Shown here piece after piece: positions 46,720-56,877 of a stretch of 64,000 nucleotides of DNA (within the stretch, counting starts at the first letter, position 1; each line of letters begins with the position of its first letter). The notes under the pieces are model-generated. The model made no database searches, was not told the DNA's origin, and was given only the letters and a program-made list of their open reading frames with translations. Both the position numbers and the translations under genes were made by a program. The stretch is from Endomicrobiales bacterium (lineage in GTDB: Bacteria; Elusimicrobiota; Endomicrobiia; Endomicrobiales; JALOBY01), in NCBI GenBank assembly GCA_963796955.1, contig CAWCNJ010000004.1, positions 288,001 to 352,000 of the forward strand. Reading direction: 5' to 3'.

Positions 46720-47460
46720 ATGACAAAACTTCGGCCTGCCGGCGGTTATCGTACCACTTGTAGTTTTCAGACCTCGACGCTGATATATGACGCTACTTTC
46801 TGGTTCTGCGGTAAATTCATTGACTCTCGTTCCCGACTTGTTGACCAGATGATACAGGCCGCCCGTTCGGGACGACAAAACATTGCTGAAGGCAGCCGTG
46901 CCTCCGCGGCTTCGTCGCAGACGGAGCTTCGGTTGTTGCACGTGGCTCGGGCAAGCCTCGAAGAATTGTTGCTGGACTATGAAGACTTTCTTCGCCAGCG
47001 TCGTATTTGCCAATGGAAAATGGAAAGCCCGGAAGCGTCTGCAGTCCGCCAGGTACCATCGAAGTTTAAAAAGGATCGGACGGATCAGTCGGATCTGACG
47101 GATTTGACCGATCAAGAACGCCACCGCCTTTACGCGCCTTGGCTTGAAAATGATGACCCTGCTGTTCGGGCAAATGCTATAATTTGTCTAATTCACCAGA
47201 CGAATTTTCTGCTTGACAGGCAGACAGCCGCGCTGGAAAAACGTTTTATTGAAGAGGGTGGCTACACCGAACAGCTTGCAACCGCCCGGATCGTCGAGCG
47301 CGAACGCCGGAAACAAACAACTCCGCACGAGAAAACGCCTGTATGCCCAAAGTGCAGCGCCGCTATGGTTGTGCGTACAACTAAGAGCGGTGCGAACACA
47401 GGTAAACAGTTCTGGGGCTGCATAAAATACCCTGGCTGTAGAGGGACTGTGGCGGTTTAA
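46720..47460 (+). CDS. Four-helix-bundle protein with suffix domain and topoisomerase-type C4 zinc finger
   Basis: GGYR, DQMIQAARSGRQNIAEGS, ARASLEELLLDYEDFL, F..EGG..E.L, CPKC...M..R...FWGC..YP.C. Confidence 0.88.
   Translation: MTKLRPAGGYRTTCSFQTSTLIYDATFWFCGKFIDSRSRLVDQMIQAARSGRQNIAEGSRASAASSQTELRLLHVARASLEELLLDYEDFLRQRRICQWKMESPEASAVRQVPSKFKKDRTDQSDLTDLTDQERHRLYAPWLENDDPAVRANAIICLIHQTNFLLDRQTAALEKRFIEEGGYTEQLATARIVERERRKQTTPHEKTPVCPKCSAAMVVRTTKSGANTGKQFWGCIKYPGCRGTVAV
47074..47113. repeat. In-frame 9-bp periodic repeat, five GATY-N5 units
   Basis: GATC/GATT at 47074, 47083, 47092, 47101, 47110; encodes DRTDQSDLTDLTD. Confidence 0.85.
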
Positions 47461-47500
47461 ACCGCGGATGTTATTAATTAAGATCTAACAGGAGCTTACT

Positions 47501-47815
47501 ATGCGCTGGTATCACTACGTTTCTTACTTCTTTGGCGGGTTCATACTTGCTAACGCCTTGCCGCATTTGGGTACCGGGATATCGGGGCATGCGTTCCAGA
47601 GCCCGTTCGCGAACCCGCCGGGGCAGGGGTTGTCTTCGGCGCCTGTTAATGTTCTGTGGGGCTTGTTCAACCTTGCGCTTGGGTATGTGCTTGTTTTCAG
47701 GGTGGGCAGTTTCGAGTTGCGCAAGAACAGCCACATCCTTACCCTGGGGGCGGGGATTGTGTTGTCTTCATTGTTTCTCGCATACGCATTCGGGCGTTTC
47801 CACGGCGGTTTGTAA
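47501..47815 (+). CDS. Small membrane protein
   Basis: Three hydrophobic segments, NALPH..G.SG..FQSPFA.PPG; AGGAG RBS. Confidence 0.75.
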   Translation: MRWYHYVSYFFGGFILANALPHLGTGISGHAFQSPFANPPGQGLSSAPVNVLWGLFNLALGYVLVFRVGSFELRKNSHILTLGAGIVLSSLFLAYAFGRFHGGL

Positions 47816-47824
47816 ACCCGTATT

Positions 47825-48391
47825 TTATGGCACCAGCATCTCTTCGCGGAACAGCGATTTGCGGTTGAGTATCCTGCCTGAGGTTTGGAATATGCCGTCG
47901 CCGGTGTAGTGCAGTGTGTCAGGGTGGGCGGGGGTCGGGGCGGCGTGGGCTTTAACTACCTCGAAGATGAAGAAGTTGTATTTGTTCACCATTGAGTCGT
48001 CGTAGAGTTTGCATTCAAAGTTGGCGTGGCATTCGCGTATCAGCGGGGCTTCAACTTTAAGCGCCTCGCCGGGTGTCAGGCCGAATTCTTTGAACTTGTC
48101 TATTTCCGAACCGCTGGAATTCCCTATCTTAACTACCGTGTCTACCATGTCCGCGGTGGGCAGGTTGATAACGCATTCCCCGCTGTCGCGAACCAGATTA
48201 AACGTGTAATTGCTGCTGGCTATCACGCAGCCGACCAGCGCGGGTGTGAACTCCATAACGGTGTGCCACCCAAGCGTCATGATATCCCGCTTTTCCTCCC
48301 ACCGTGACGATATCAGCACAATGGGGCCCGGCTCCAGATACCTGCGGACCTTCTCAACGGGAAAATCTTTCTTAACGGCGTACTTTTTCAT
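47825..48391 (-). CDS. Flavin reductase-like FMN-binding protein
   Basis: EPGPIVLISS, MTLGWH, GECVINLP, IGN.SG..IDKF..FGLT, APLI.EC.A.FEC. Confidence 0.9.
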   Translation of the reverse strand: MKKYAVKKDFPVEKVRRYLEPGPIVLISSRWEEKRDIMTLGWHTVMEFTPALVGCVIASSNYTFNLVRDSGECVINLPTADMVDTVVKIGNSSGSEIDKFKEFGLTPGEALKVEAPLIRECHANFECKLYDDSMVNKYNFFIFEVVKAHAAPTPAHPDTLHYTGDGIFQTSGRILNRKSLFREEMLVP

Positions 48392-48598
48392 ATAACCTCC
48401 CTGATGGCGCGCCAACCCTTCAAAATTATGAAACTCTCAGTAATTTGGCCATTGACGCACTCCCACGGACGCTGACAGATCTCTCACCGGTTACTAAAGG
48501 TCGTTGCCGCGTTTGGGACAGTGCGCGCTGTTGACACCTGGTAAAGCGTTTGAGAAAATAGAGCGGTTTAGTGCACTTAACGTTTTGCAGGGGGTAAC

Positions 48599-48760
48599 AT
48601 GGATAAATACAAATGCAGGGTATGTCCCTATATTTACGATCCTTCGGTCGGCGACCCTGACGGGGGCATTGCCGCGGGGACAAAATTTGAAGATCTGCCG
48701 GATGATTGGGTTTGCCCGATCTGCGGTGTTAAGAAGGATATGTTCGATAAGATCCCGTGA
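48599..48760 (+). CDS. Rubredoxin (not in ORF track)
   Basis: [53 protein letters not shown], 53 aa. Confidence 0.95.
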   Translation: MDKYKCRVCPYIYDPSVGDPDGGIAAGTKFEDLPDDWVCPICGVKKDMFDKIP

Positions 48761-49263
48761 TATACACGATCGGGCACGGCACCCGGTCTATAGAATGTTT
48801 TATCGGGCTGCTGACATTGCATGGGATCAAGAAATTAGCGGATGTACGGACCATACCGGCTTCAAGACATAATCCCCAATTCGGCCAGGTCCCGTTAAAA
48901 GAAAGTTTACGGGAGGCCGCGATACGCTATGCGCATATTAAAGAACTCGGCGGCCTGCGGCATACGTCGAAAGATTCACCGAACACCGCCTGGCGTAACG
49001 CCTCATTCAGGGGATATGCCGACTATATGCAGACGGAGGGTTTCGCGGCCGGCCTTGCCAAACTGTTGCGGTTGGCCGCCGGTAAGAACACAGCCATTAT
49101 GTGCGCGGAAAGCGTGCCGTGGCGCTGCCACCGCTCCCTCATCGCGGACGCCTTGACCGTTCGCGGTGTGCAAGTGAAGCATATCATAAGCGAGACAAAC
49201 GTTTACGACCACAAATTAACGCCTTGGGCAAAGGTAAGCGGCTTGCTCATAACGTACCCTTAG
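48757..49263 (+). CDS. DUF488 family protein
   Basis: IYTIGHG, DVR..P.SR.NPQF, LGG.R, MCAE..PWRCHR. Confidence 0.9.
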   Translation: MIYTIGHGTRSIECFIGLLTLHGIKKLADVRTIPASRHNPQFGQVPLKESLREAAIRYAHIKELGGLRHTSKDSPNTAWRNASFRGYADYMQTEGFAAGLAKLLRLAAGKNTAIMCAESVPWRCHRSLIADALTVRGVQVKHIISETNVYDHKLTPWAKVSGLLITYP

Positions 49264-49347
49264 CCAGTAAAAAGTGGAAACCGGTCACCAATGCGACGGT
49301 CATATTCAGGTAAAATTAGTTTTTATTGCAAACGGGAGGAGTAACGT

Positions 49348-50190
49348 ATGGGACGCGCTATTTGGTCCGGGATGGTATCGTTCGGGCTGGTTAATATTCC
49401 TGTGAAGGTTCAGACGGCGGTAACGGCTGATACGATGTCTATGAATTATCTGCGTAAGGACGATCTGTGCCCGATCCAGTACAAGAAGGTTTGCCGCAGT
49501 ACCGGCGAGGAAGTTCCTTTTGAAGACATCGTGCGCGGCTACCAGTACCAGAAAGACGATTACGTGGTGCTTAAAGACGAGGATTTTCAGCAGGCGGCTT
49601 CAAAAAGAACCTATTCGATAGATATAGAACAATTTGTCGCTGAAAAGGAGATAGATTTTAAGTACGTGGAAAAACCGTATTTCCTGGAGCCGGAAAAGAA
49701 AGCGCACACGACCTACGCGCTGTTTCGCACCGCGCTGGAGGAGTCGGGTTTGGTAGGCATCGGCAGGTTCGTTTTGAAGGACCGCGAGCATCTGGTGATG
49801 CTGAAAGCGGATCACGAAGTGATCATGCTTCATGTTATGCGGTTTCCGGCGACGCTGAAAAAAGCCTCTGAGCTGGAGCTGCCTAAAACCATGGAGATCC
49901 CGCGCAATCAGAAGGAATTGGCCCTGGAGCTGATAAACAAACTCAAAGGACATTTTAAGCCCGAACAATATAAAGATAATTATAACGAGCGTCTTAAGCA
50001 GATAATAGATTCCAAGAAGCAGGGTAAGCCCGTGCACGCTGCAAAAGAGGCGGCACCCCGTGAGACGGCGGCAGCAGACATCCTGGATAAACTTAAAAAA
50101 AGCCTGGAGCAGGTACATACGCCCGGGGACATACTAAGGAACGCGAGATCCGATAAGTCCCGGGGGCGTGCCTCGGCCGGGAAGAAGTAA
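49348..50190 (+). CDS. ku: NHEJ protein Ku
   Basis: RAIWSG..SFGLVNIPV, IVRGY, PYFLEP, F.PE.YKD.Y. Confidence 0.95.
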   Translation: MGRAIWSGMVSFGLVNIPVKVQTAVTADTMSMNYLRKDDLCPIQYKKVCRSTGEEVPFEDIVRGYQYQKDDYVVLKDEDFQQAASKRTYSIDIEQFVAEKEIDFKYVEKPYFLEPEKKAHTTYALFRTALEESGLVGIGRFVLKDREHLVMLKADHEVIMLHVMRFPATLKKASELELPKTMEIPRNQKELALELINKLKGHFKPEQYKDNYNERLKQIIDSKKQGKPVHAAKEAAPRETAAADILDKLKKSLEQVHTPGDILRNARSDKSRGRASAGKK

Positions 50191-50191
50191 C

Positions 50192-52594
50192 ATGGCTGAG
50201 AAACTTAAGGATTACCGCAAAAAGCGTAATTTTTCAAAAACACCGGAACCCTCCGCGTCAAAGGCTGACGCCGGGGGTTTTCGTTTTGTGGTGCATAAGC
50301 ACAATGCGAGGAACCTTCATTATGACCTGCGGCTGGAGCATAACGGCGTTTTGAAAAGCTGGGCGATACCGAAAGGCATATCTTTTGATCCCGCACAAAA
50401 GCACCTGGCGGTGATGGTGGAAGACCATCCGTTCGATTACAAAGATTTTGAAGGTGTTATCCCGGAAGGCAATTACGGCGCCGGCGAAGTTATTATCTGG
50501 GATGAGGGGACGTACGCCCCGCTTGGTTATAACGGTACGGATCCCGCGGAAGGGGAAAAATTGATGGCGCAGGGCCTGGCGAAAGGGCATGTGACCGTTA
50601 TTTTCTCCGGCAAAAAGCTGAAAGGCGAATTTGCCCTGGTGCGGTTCAAAAGAGAAGATAACCAGTGGCTGATAATTAAGAAAGCCGATGAATATGCCAA
50701 TAGTCCCAACAGCGGCGATGAACGCTCCGCCCGTTCGGGCAAAACCATAGAAGACCTGAAAGAGGATCCGCCGGGAGACAGCAAGATGCCGGATTTCGTT
50801 GAGCCCATGCTCGCCACGCTTGTTGAAGAACCTTTCGACAGGCCGGGCTGGATATTTGAAGTTAAGTGGGACGGGTACCGCACGATCGCGATAATACACG
50901 AGGGTAAAACCAGACTTTTGTCGCGGAACGGAAAGGTGTACACCGGCGAATTTCCCGATATCGCTGCGGCACTGTCGCGTGGCCCCAACGCGATATACGA
51001 CGGTGAAATGGTAGTGCTGGATAAAGACGGACGTTCCGATTTTCAATTGCTGCAGGAATATTTGAAGACGGGTAAAGGGACCGCTGTCTATTATGTTTTT
51101 GATTGTCTGTATAAGGGCTCTGAAGACCTGCGCGCCTCGGCGCTTGAAGAACGCAGGAAGGTTCTGGAAAGCGTGCTGCCGGTTTCAAACATTGTGCGCC
51201 TGAGCGGTTACGTGGCTGCCAATGGGACGGGTTTTTATCGCGCCGCCGAACAAAATGCATTAGAAGGAATAATCGCGAAAAACTTAAAAAGCCGTTACCG
51301 TTCCGGAGAAAGATCTCGCGAGTGGCTGAAAATAAAGGCGCTTAGACAACAGGAGGCTATCGTCAGCGGCTTTACCGAGGGCCGCGCTTCGCGAAAATAT
51401 TTCGGGGCGCTGGTGCTGGGGGTATACCGCGACGGCACATTGTCTTTTGCCGGCCACGCCGGCGGCGGCTTCGACGACGCAGGGTTAAAAGAAATGTATG
51501 CAAAGCTTAAGCCGCTGATAACGGATAAGAGCCCTTTTGAGCATACGCCGAAAACCAATATGCCGGTTACCTGGGTGAAACCGGAACTGATCGTGGAAGT
51601 GAAATTCAGGGAGTGGACGACTGACGGGTTAATGCGCCAGCCCATAGTGCTGGGCCTGCGGGACGATAAGAACCCCGGTGATGTTGTGCAAGAAATGGCG
51701 GACAAGCAGTTTATTAAAACTAAAGCGGTACTGACACACCTTGAGAAGGTGTACTGGCCCGAAGAAGGATATACCAAAAAAGATGTTATAGATTACTATT
51801 GGCGCATGGCCGATTGCATGTTGCCGTACTTGAAGGACCGGCCGCAGTCGCTTAACCGCCACCCGAACGGTATTACCGGCGAGAATTTCTTTCAAAAAAA
51901 TATTGGAGATACAGCACCCCCCTGGGCCAGTACCGTTAAGGTGCCCATGGAGGAAAAAACCATCACGGCCCTGTTGTGCCAGGACCGGGACACCCTGATA
52001 TACATAGCGAACCTGGGCTGCATAGAGATAAATGTCTGGAGTTCCAGCGCCGGCAGCCTGGATAAACCCGATTACATGGTTTTTGATTTTGATCCGGTGG
52101 AAGTGCCGTTCTCTCGCGTGGTTGAGGCGGTGCTTGAGACGAAAAAAGTGCTGGACGATCTGGGCGCGCCCGCGTTTTGCAAGACCACCGGCGGCAAGGG
52201 TATGCATATATATGTACCGGTAAAGCCGGGTTACGATTATGAGCAGACCAAGAACGCGGCCAATCTTATCGGTATGGCGGTAAAACGCCGTCTGCCGGCT
52301 CTGGTAAGCCTTGAAAGAATGCCGGCCAAACGAAAGGGTAAGGTGTATATGGATTACCTGCAAAACCATTGCGGGGCGACCATGGCCGCGCCCTATTCCC
52401 TGCGGCCGAGGGAAGGCGCGAAAGTTTCTACGCCGCTTGATTGGAAAGAGGTTACTTCCAGGCTTGATCCCGCCGACTACAATATTAAGACCATGCTCAA
52501 ACGCGTGGAGGAAAAAGGCGACCTGTGGAAGGGTTTATTCAAGAAAAATCTGGACCTGAAAAAGGCGCTTGACACATTACAAAAATTGCTATAA
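50192..52594 (+). CDS. ligD: NHEJ DNA ligase D (phosphoesterase-ligase-polymerase)
   Basis: HYDLRLE, EDHP, EVKWDGYR, EG.IAK, WLKIK, R.P.G, FDFDP, KTTGGKG.H, DYLQN, PYSLR. Confidence 0.96.
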   Translation: MAEKLKDYRKKRNFSKTPEPSASKADAGGFRFVVHKHNARNLHYDLRLEHNGVLKSWAIPKGISFDPAQKHLAVMVEDHPFDYKDFEGVIPEGNYGAGEVIIWDEGTYAPLGYNGTDPAEGEKLMAQGLAKGHVTVIFSGKKLKGEFALVRFKREDNQWLIIKKADEYANSPNSGDERSARSGKTIEDLKEDPPGDSKMPDFVEPMLATLVEEPFDRPGWIFEVKWDGYRTIAIIHEGKTRLLSRNGKVYTGEFPDIAAALSRGPNAIYDGEMVVLDKDGRSDFQLLQEYLKTGKGTAVYYVFDCLYKGSEDLRASALEERRKVLESVLPVSNIVRLSGYVAANGTGFYRAAEQNALEGIIAKNLKSRYRSGERSREWLKIKALRQQEAIVSGFTEGRASRKYFGALVLGVYRDGTLSFAGHAGGGFDDAGLKEMYAKLKPLITDKSPFEHTPKTNMPVTWVKPELIVEVKFREWTTDGLMRQPIVLGLRDDKNPGDVVQEMADKQFIKTKAVLTHLEKVYWPEEGYTKKDVIDYYWRMADCMLPYLKDRPQSLNRHPNGITGENFFQKNIGDTAPPWASTVKVPMEEKTITALLCQDRDTLIYIANLGCIEINVWSSSAGSLDKPDYMVFDFDPVEVPFSRVVEAVLETKKVLDDLGAPAFCKTTGGKGMHIYVPVKPGYDYEQTKNAANLIGMAVKRRLPALVSLERMPAKRKGKVYMDYLQNHCGATMAAPYSLRPREGAKVSTPLDWKEVTSRLDPADYNIKTMLKRVEEKGDLWKGLFKKNLDLKKALDTLQKLL

Positions 52595-52628
52595 TATCGA
52601 TGTAATTGAATGTTGCACAGGAGGCACC

Positions 52629-52814
52629 ATGTTCGGCTTAGGATTTCAGGAAATACTTTTATTGCTGGTTATCGCCTTGTTGTTGTTCGGCTCAAAACGC
52701 CTGCCGGAAGTGGGCCGTTCTTTCGGTACCGCCATACGCGAATTCAAGAAAGCGATGAGCGGTGAAGAAGAAGAGAAAAAAGAAACGGCTGTTCCGGGCG
52801 ATGACAAAAAATAA
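52629..52814 (+). CDS. tatA: Twin-arginine translocase TatA
   Basis: MFGLGFQEI..LL...LLLFGSKRLPE.GRS.G.AIREFK. Confidence 0.95.
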   Translation: MFGLGFQEILLLLVIALLLFGSKRLPEVGRSFGTAIREFKKAMSGEEEEKKETAVPGDDKK

Positions 52815-53562
52815 TTTAGCATTGTTAATGCCGTTGACGGATCATCTTGAAGAGCTGCGCAGCCGTCTTATCTGGTGCCTTGTCGCGATATGCGTGTGCA
52901 CGATAGCCGGGTTTTATGGTGTCACGCACGTGGTCGGCTATTTGAAGGCCGCGGGGGGCGTAAAAGACGCCCTGATAGCGATAAAGCCTGTTGAGGTCGT
53001 TTCGGTTTACGTCAAGATAGCGCTTTCCATAGGCACCTTGCTTGCAAGCCCGGTCATCGCCTGGCATGCCTGGCGGTTTATAGCGCCGGGGTTAAGTGAA
53101 CAGCTGCGTAAATACCTGCCGCTGTGGATCATTTCGATCGTAGCGCTTTTTATGTCGGGCATCGCTTTTGCCTTGTTCGTTTTGATACCCACCGCCTATG
53201 TGTTTTTGATCAACCTGACCCGCTCCCTTGCTGAGCCTATGATCACTCTGAATAGCTATATCTCGTTCATTCTGGCTATGATGCTGGCGAGCGGCATTGT
53301 TTTTGAGATGCCGGCGCTGGCTTTCGCGCTCGCACAGGCCGGGATCATTAACGCCTCTATGATGAGGGCGCACCGCCGCGAGGCTATCTTCGGGCTGGCG
53401 GTAGCCGCGGCCGTTATCACACCGACGACGGATATATTTAATATGCTTATATTCCTTGCGCCGATGCTGGCCCTGTACGAGATCAGTATTTTGGTGGTCG
53501 CGCGCGTCGGGCGGCAAAGGCCGGTAACAGGAGGGGATTATGGATATCAACAAAATGACTGA
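52801..53562 (+). CDS. tatC: Twin-arginine translocase TatC (variant)
   Basis: MPLTDHLEELRSRL, WRFIAPGL, FEMP, TPTTD, PM..LYE. Confidence 0.95.
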   Translation: MTKNNLALLMPLTDHLEELRSRLIWCLVAICVCTIAGFYGVTHVVGYLKAAGGVKDALIAIKPVEVVSVYVKIALSIGTLLASPVIAWHAWRFIAPGLSEQLRKYLPLWIISIVALFMSGIAFALFVLIPTAYVFLINLTRSLAEPMITLNSYISFILAMMLASGIVFEMPALAFALAQAGIINASMMRAHRREAIFGLAVAAAVITPTTDIFNMLIFLAPMLALYEISILVVARVGRQRPVTGGDYGYQQND

Positions 53563-54529
53563 CAAACTGGCTGAGGTTCTTAAAGCCCGTTTCTCTCGCG
53601 GCTCGTTCCTGAAATTTGCCGCCGTGACCTTCGGCTCTCTTGCCGTACCACCCATGTTCAAACGAAAAGGCCTGCTGCACGCGGCGACGACCCTTGACCC
53701 GCGCCCTAAAAAGAATATCGCTACCGCATGCGCCCTTGCGGTGGCTAACCATGCGGACCCGGCCGCCGGCACGCGCGCGGCGGTTAACGCTCTCGGCGGC
53801 ATGAAGCTGTTCGTTAAAAAAGGCGATACCGTCGTTGTAAAACCGAACATCGGCTGGGACCGCGCCCCTGAATTTGCCGCCAACACCAATCCCGCGGTCG
53901 TTGAGACACTGGTGAGAATGTGTTTTGAGTCAGGCGCGAAGGTGGTAAAAGTCTTTGATTATACCTGTAACGATTCGCGCCGTACCTACGCGAACAGCGG
54001 AATAGCCGCGGCGGCGAAAAAAGCCGGCGCCGACGTATATTTTGTCGACGACTGGAAATTTTTCCCGGGCAAGTTCCCGGCGGGCGCCATGATGGCGGAC
54101 TGGCCGATCTACCGTGACGCCGTTGCCTGCGATTGTTTTATAAATGTACCGGTAGCCAAACATCACCGTCTGACCGATGTGACGCTTTCTATAAAGAATT
54201 TGATGGGAGTTTGTGGTTCCGGCAGGGGCCAGATGCACCAGGATATCGCCCCGAAGCTCGCCGAGGTGCTGGCCTTTATGCGGCCTGAACTGACGGTGAT
54301 AGACGCCTGCCGCATATTGCTGCGAAACGGCCCGACGGGCGGCAGCGTGGGGGATGTAAAGAAAATGGATACCTTCATCGCTTCCGCCGACCCGGTGCTC
54401 GCCGACGCCTACGCCGCCACGCTGTTCGGCCATAAACCGGGCGATATAGGCTACATCAAAGCCGCCGCCGACAAAGGCCTTGGCAGCCTGGACTTGAAAG
54501 CCGCTAATATCAAAAAGGTAACCGCGTAA
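53540..54529 (+). CDS. DUF362 family Fe-S protein with Tat-like signal
   Basis: SRGSFLK plus h-region; GD.VVVKPN, TNP.VV, INVP.AKHH, KNLMG, DPV.AD. Confidence 0.88.
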   Translation: MDINKMTDKLAEVLKARFSRGSFLKFAAVTFGSLAVPPMFKRKGLLHAATTLDPRPKKNIATACALAVANHADPAAGTRAAVNALGGMKLFVKKGDTVVVKPNIGWDRAPEFAANTNPAVVETLVRMCFESGAKVVKVFDYTCNDSRRTYANSGIAAAAKKAGADVYFVDDWKFFPGKFPAGAMMADWPIYRDAVACDCFINVPVAKHHRLTDVTLSIKNLMGVCGSGRGQMHQDIAPKLAEVLAFMRPELTVIDACRILLRNGPTGGSVGDVKKMDTFIASADPVLADAYAATLFGHKPGDIGYIKAAADKGLGSLDLKAANIKKVTA

Positions 54530-56049
54530 TGACCGTTGTCCGCCGGACTGTTCAGATACTGGTTTTTACCGCTTTTGCCGCCATCGTCTGGATGACCCGT
54601 TATCCGCTGAGCGTTCAGGTGAACCCTTCGCTGTTATTTAAAGCCGACCCGTTAATAATGACGATAACGTCCGTCGCGGAACGTGTGTTGCTGCCGGGCC
54701 TGTTGATCGCCGCAGCTATCCTTTTGCTGACGCTGCTGTTCGGCCGGGTCTTTTGCGGCTGGCTCTGTCCGCTGGGCTCGCTTTCCGACGGCGTCGCTTT
54801 CGTAACACGCCGCTTCCTTAAGCTTTTCCGCTTCAATTTGAAAGACCATCCCCTGCCCGCCGGGCTTTTCTTAAAATATATCCTGCTTGCCGCTATCGCG
54901 GCGCTTGCTGTGGCAGGTATCCAGTTCGTCTGGCTTTTTGATCCGCTGACAATAGTTGTGCGCAGCCTTTCCTTCAGCGTGATACCCTTAGCGAACCATA
55001 TTTTGGACTCGGTAAGCGCGGCGCTTATTCAGGCAGCGAATTTCTACCAGCCTCTCGATAATCTGTACCATGTCCTTAAAGAAGCCTTGTTCGATCCGCG
55101 CCGTCCGGTTTTTCCTCACGCGCCGGTAATCAGTATAATTTTCACCGCTATCCTGCTGCTGCCGTTCGTTGTGCGGCGGTTCTGGTGCCGTTACCTGTGC
55201 CCGCTGGGCGGTATGCTGGCCCTGGTCGCGAAATTCTCTTTCCTGAAACGCCATTCCACCGTCTGCGCCGGAAAATGCAGGTCCTGCAAGGATATTTGCC
55301 GCATGGGCGCCATCCGCGAAGACAATTCTTATATGCCCTCGGAATGCATTGTCTGCATGGACTGCGTGCGCTACTGTCCGTCGCAGAAAACTTCTTTCAA
55401 TTTTGGTGTGAATGCCGCGCTGCCCGCAAAAGCTGCACAAGACACTCAGGGGAATAAAGGTATGTCGCGCTCCCAGTTCATGGGCTGGGCAACGGCCTCG
55501 CTTGCCTTGCTGCTGCCGAAAGCCGCCCAGGCAGCCATTAAATATAAAAAGAGCACGGTCTTACGGCCGCCTGCCGCCTTGCCGGAGGCAGCGTTCGTAC
55601 AGCGTTGCGTACGGTGCGGTAACTGCATGAAAGTGTGCGTTACCAATTGCCTGCAGCCGGTGTTGCTGGAAAGCGGCCCCGAGGGCATCTGGACGCCTAA
55701 GATCAACGCAAAGATCGGTTACTGTGAGTACGGCTGCACGCTCTGCGGTCATGTGTGCCCGACCGGCGCTATACCGCCATTGAGCGTTGAGCAAAAAGCC
55801 CGCACCAAGATGGGCCTGGCAGAGATACTGCCCGATACCTGCATACCCTGGGCCACCGGGCAGGACTGCCTGGTTTGCGAAGAACACTGCCCAACGGCCC
55901 GAAAAGCCATACAGGTAAAAGAAATGAATCGGAACGGCAGGAAGGTATTGGTGCCCTACATTGATACAGAAGCTTGCGTCGGCTGCGCACTATGCGAGAA
56001 TGTCTGCCCCGCCTCACCGAAAGGTGTCGCTGTAAGGCCTTTCGCCTGA
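54529..56049 (+). CDS. Membrane-bound polyferredoxin (NapH/YccM-like N-terminus + NapG/MauM-like C-terminus)
   Basis: GRVFCGWLCPLG, RFWCRYLCPLG, LRPP, multiple CxxCxxCxxxCP motifs. Confidence 0.9.
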   Translation: MTVVRRTVQILVFTAFAAIVWMTRYPLSVQVNPSLLFKADPLIMTITSVAERVLLPGLLIAAAILLLTLLFGRVFCGWLCPLGSLSDGVAFVTRRFLKLFRFNLKDHPLPAGLFLKYILLAAIAALAVAGIQFVWLFDPLTIVVRSLSFSVIPLANHILDSVSAALIQAANFYQPLDNLYHVLKEALFDPRRPVFPHAPVISIIFTAILLLPFVVRRFWCRYLCPLGGMLALVAKFSFLKRHSTVCAGKCRSCKDICRMGAIREDNSYMPSECIVCMDCVRYCPSQKTSFNFGVNAALPAKAAQDTQGNKGMSRSQFMGWATASLALLLPKAAQAAIKYKKSTVLRPPAALPEAAFVQRCVRCGNCMKVCVTNCLQPVLLESGPEGIWTPKINAKIGYCEYGCTLCGHVCPTGAIPPLSVEQKARTKMGLAEILPDTCIPWATGQDCLVCEEHCPTARKAIQVKEMNRNGRKVLVPYIDTEACVGCALCENVCPASPKGVAVRPFA

Positions 56050-56064
56050 TCAGGAAAAATAATC

Positions 56065-56877
56065 ATGTCATTTAAAGTTTGCGTTCTGGGAAGCGGCAGC
56101 AGCGGCAATTGCACGGTTGTCTGGACGGAAAAAGATGCGTTGCTGATCGATTGCGGCAGGCTCAGCTACCGTTATATTATTGAACAGCTCTACGCGATTG
56201 GCCTTCCCGCGAACCGCATTACCGGCATGGTGATAACCCATGCGCACACCGACCACATCGGCCGTAGCGCTGTGCGGCTTGCACAAGCATACTCCATCCC
56301 TATTTACCTTCACCAGAATATTTATAAAGATGTGGTCTCCGGCGGCAACGACTGCGGCCTGGATGCGTTGGACAAAAAGCTGGTGCGCTTCCATGCGGCT
56401 GAAAAGTTCGAGGTTGGCTCTCTGTCGGTGCATCCCTTTAAAACCTATCACGGCCTTGGTTCCGTTACCATGTCCCTCGGCTTTTGCGTTTCACACGAAG
56501 GCGCGAAGATATCTTACGTGACCGATTGCGGCAAAGTAGACGACATGATAGTGCGGGCCATGAGCGGCTCGCATGTGGCGGTCATAGAGGCAAACCACGA
56601 TATTGAGATGGTTAAAAAAAGTAAACGCCACTGGGCGGCAAAACAATGGGTGCTCAGCGATCAGGGCCATTTGAGCAACGAGGCCGCGGCCGAACTTATT
56701 AAATGCATCGGCGGCGGAAAAAGCCCCCTGCGCCACGTGCTGCTGGCGCACGTGAGCGAAGAGCACAATATTCTGGAAGGACTGATACAAGTTATCGCCG
56801 GACATATACAGAACGAGACCATTCAACTGCACGTTACCTACCACCACGCCCGCAGTGAAATAATCGAGATCAAGTAA
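56065..56877 (+). CDS. MBL-fold metallohydrolase (YycJ/WalJ-like)
   Basis: LGSGSSGN, THAHTDH, EANHD, GHLSN, LAHVS..N. Confidence 0.9.
   Translation: MSFKVCVLGSGSSGNCTVVWTEKDALLIDCGRLSYRYIIEQLYAIGLPANRITGMVITHAHTDHIGRSAVRLAQAYSIPIYLHQNIYKDVVSGGNDCGLDALDKKLVRFHAAEKFEVGSLSVHPFKTYHGLGSVTMSLGFCVSHEGAKISYVTDCGKVDDMIVRAMSGSHVAVIEANHDIEMVKKSKRHWAAKQWVLSDQGHLSNEAAAELIKCIGGGKSPLRHVLLAHVSEEHNILEGLIQVIAGHIQNETIQLHVTYHHARSEIIEIK

Noticed and set aside
49348..52594. Ku-LigD as a novel system
   Set aside because: Canonical bacterial NHEJ pair with a known domain order.
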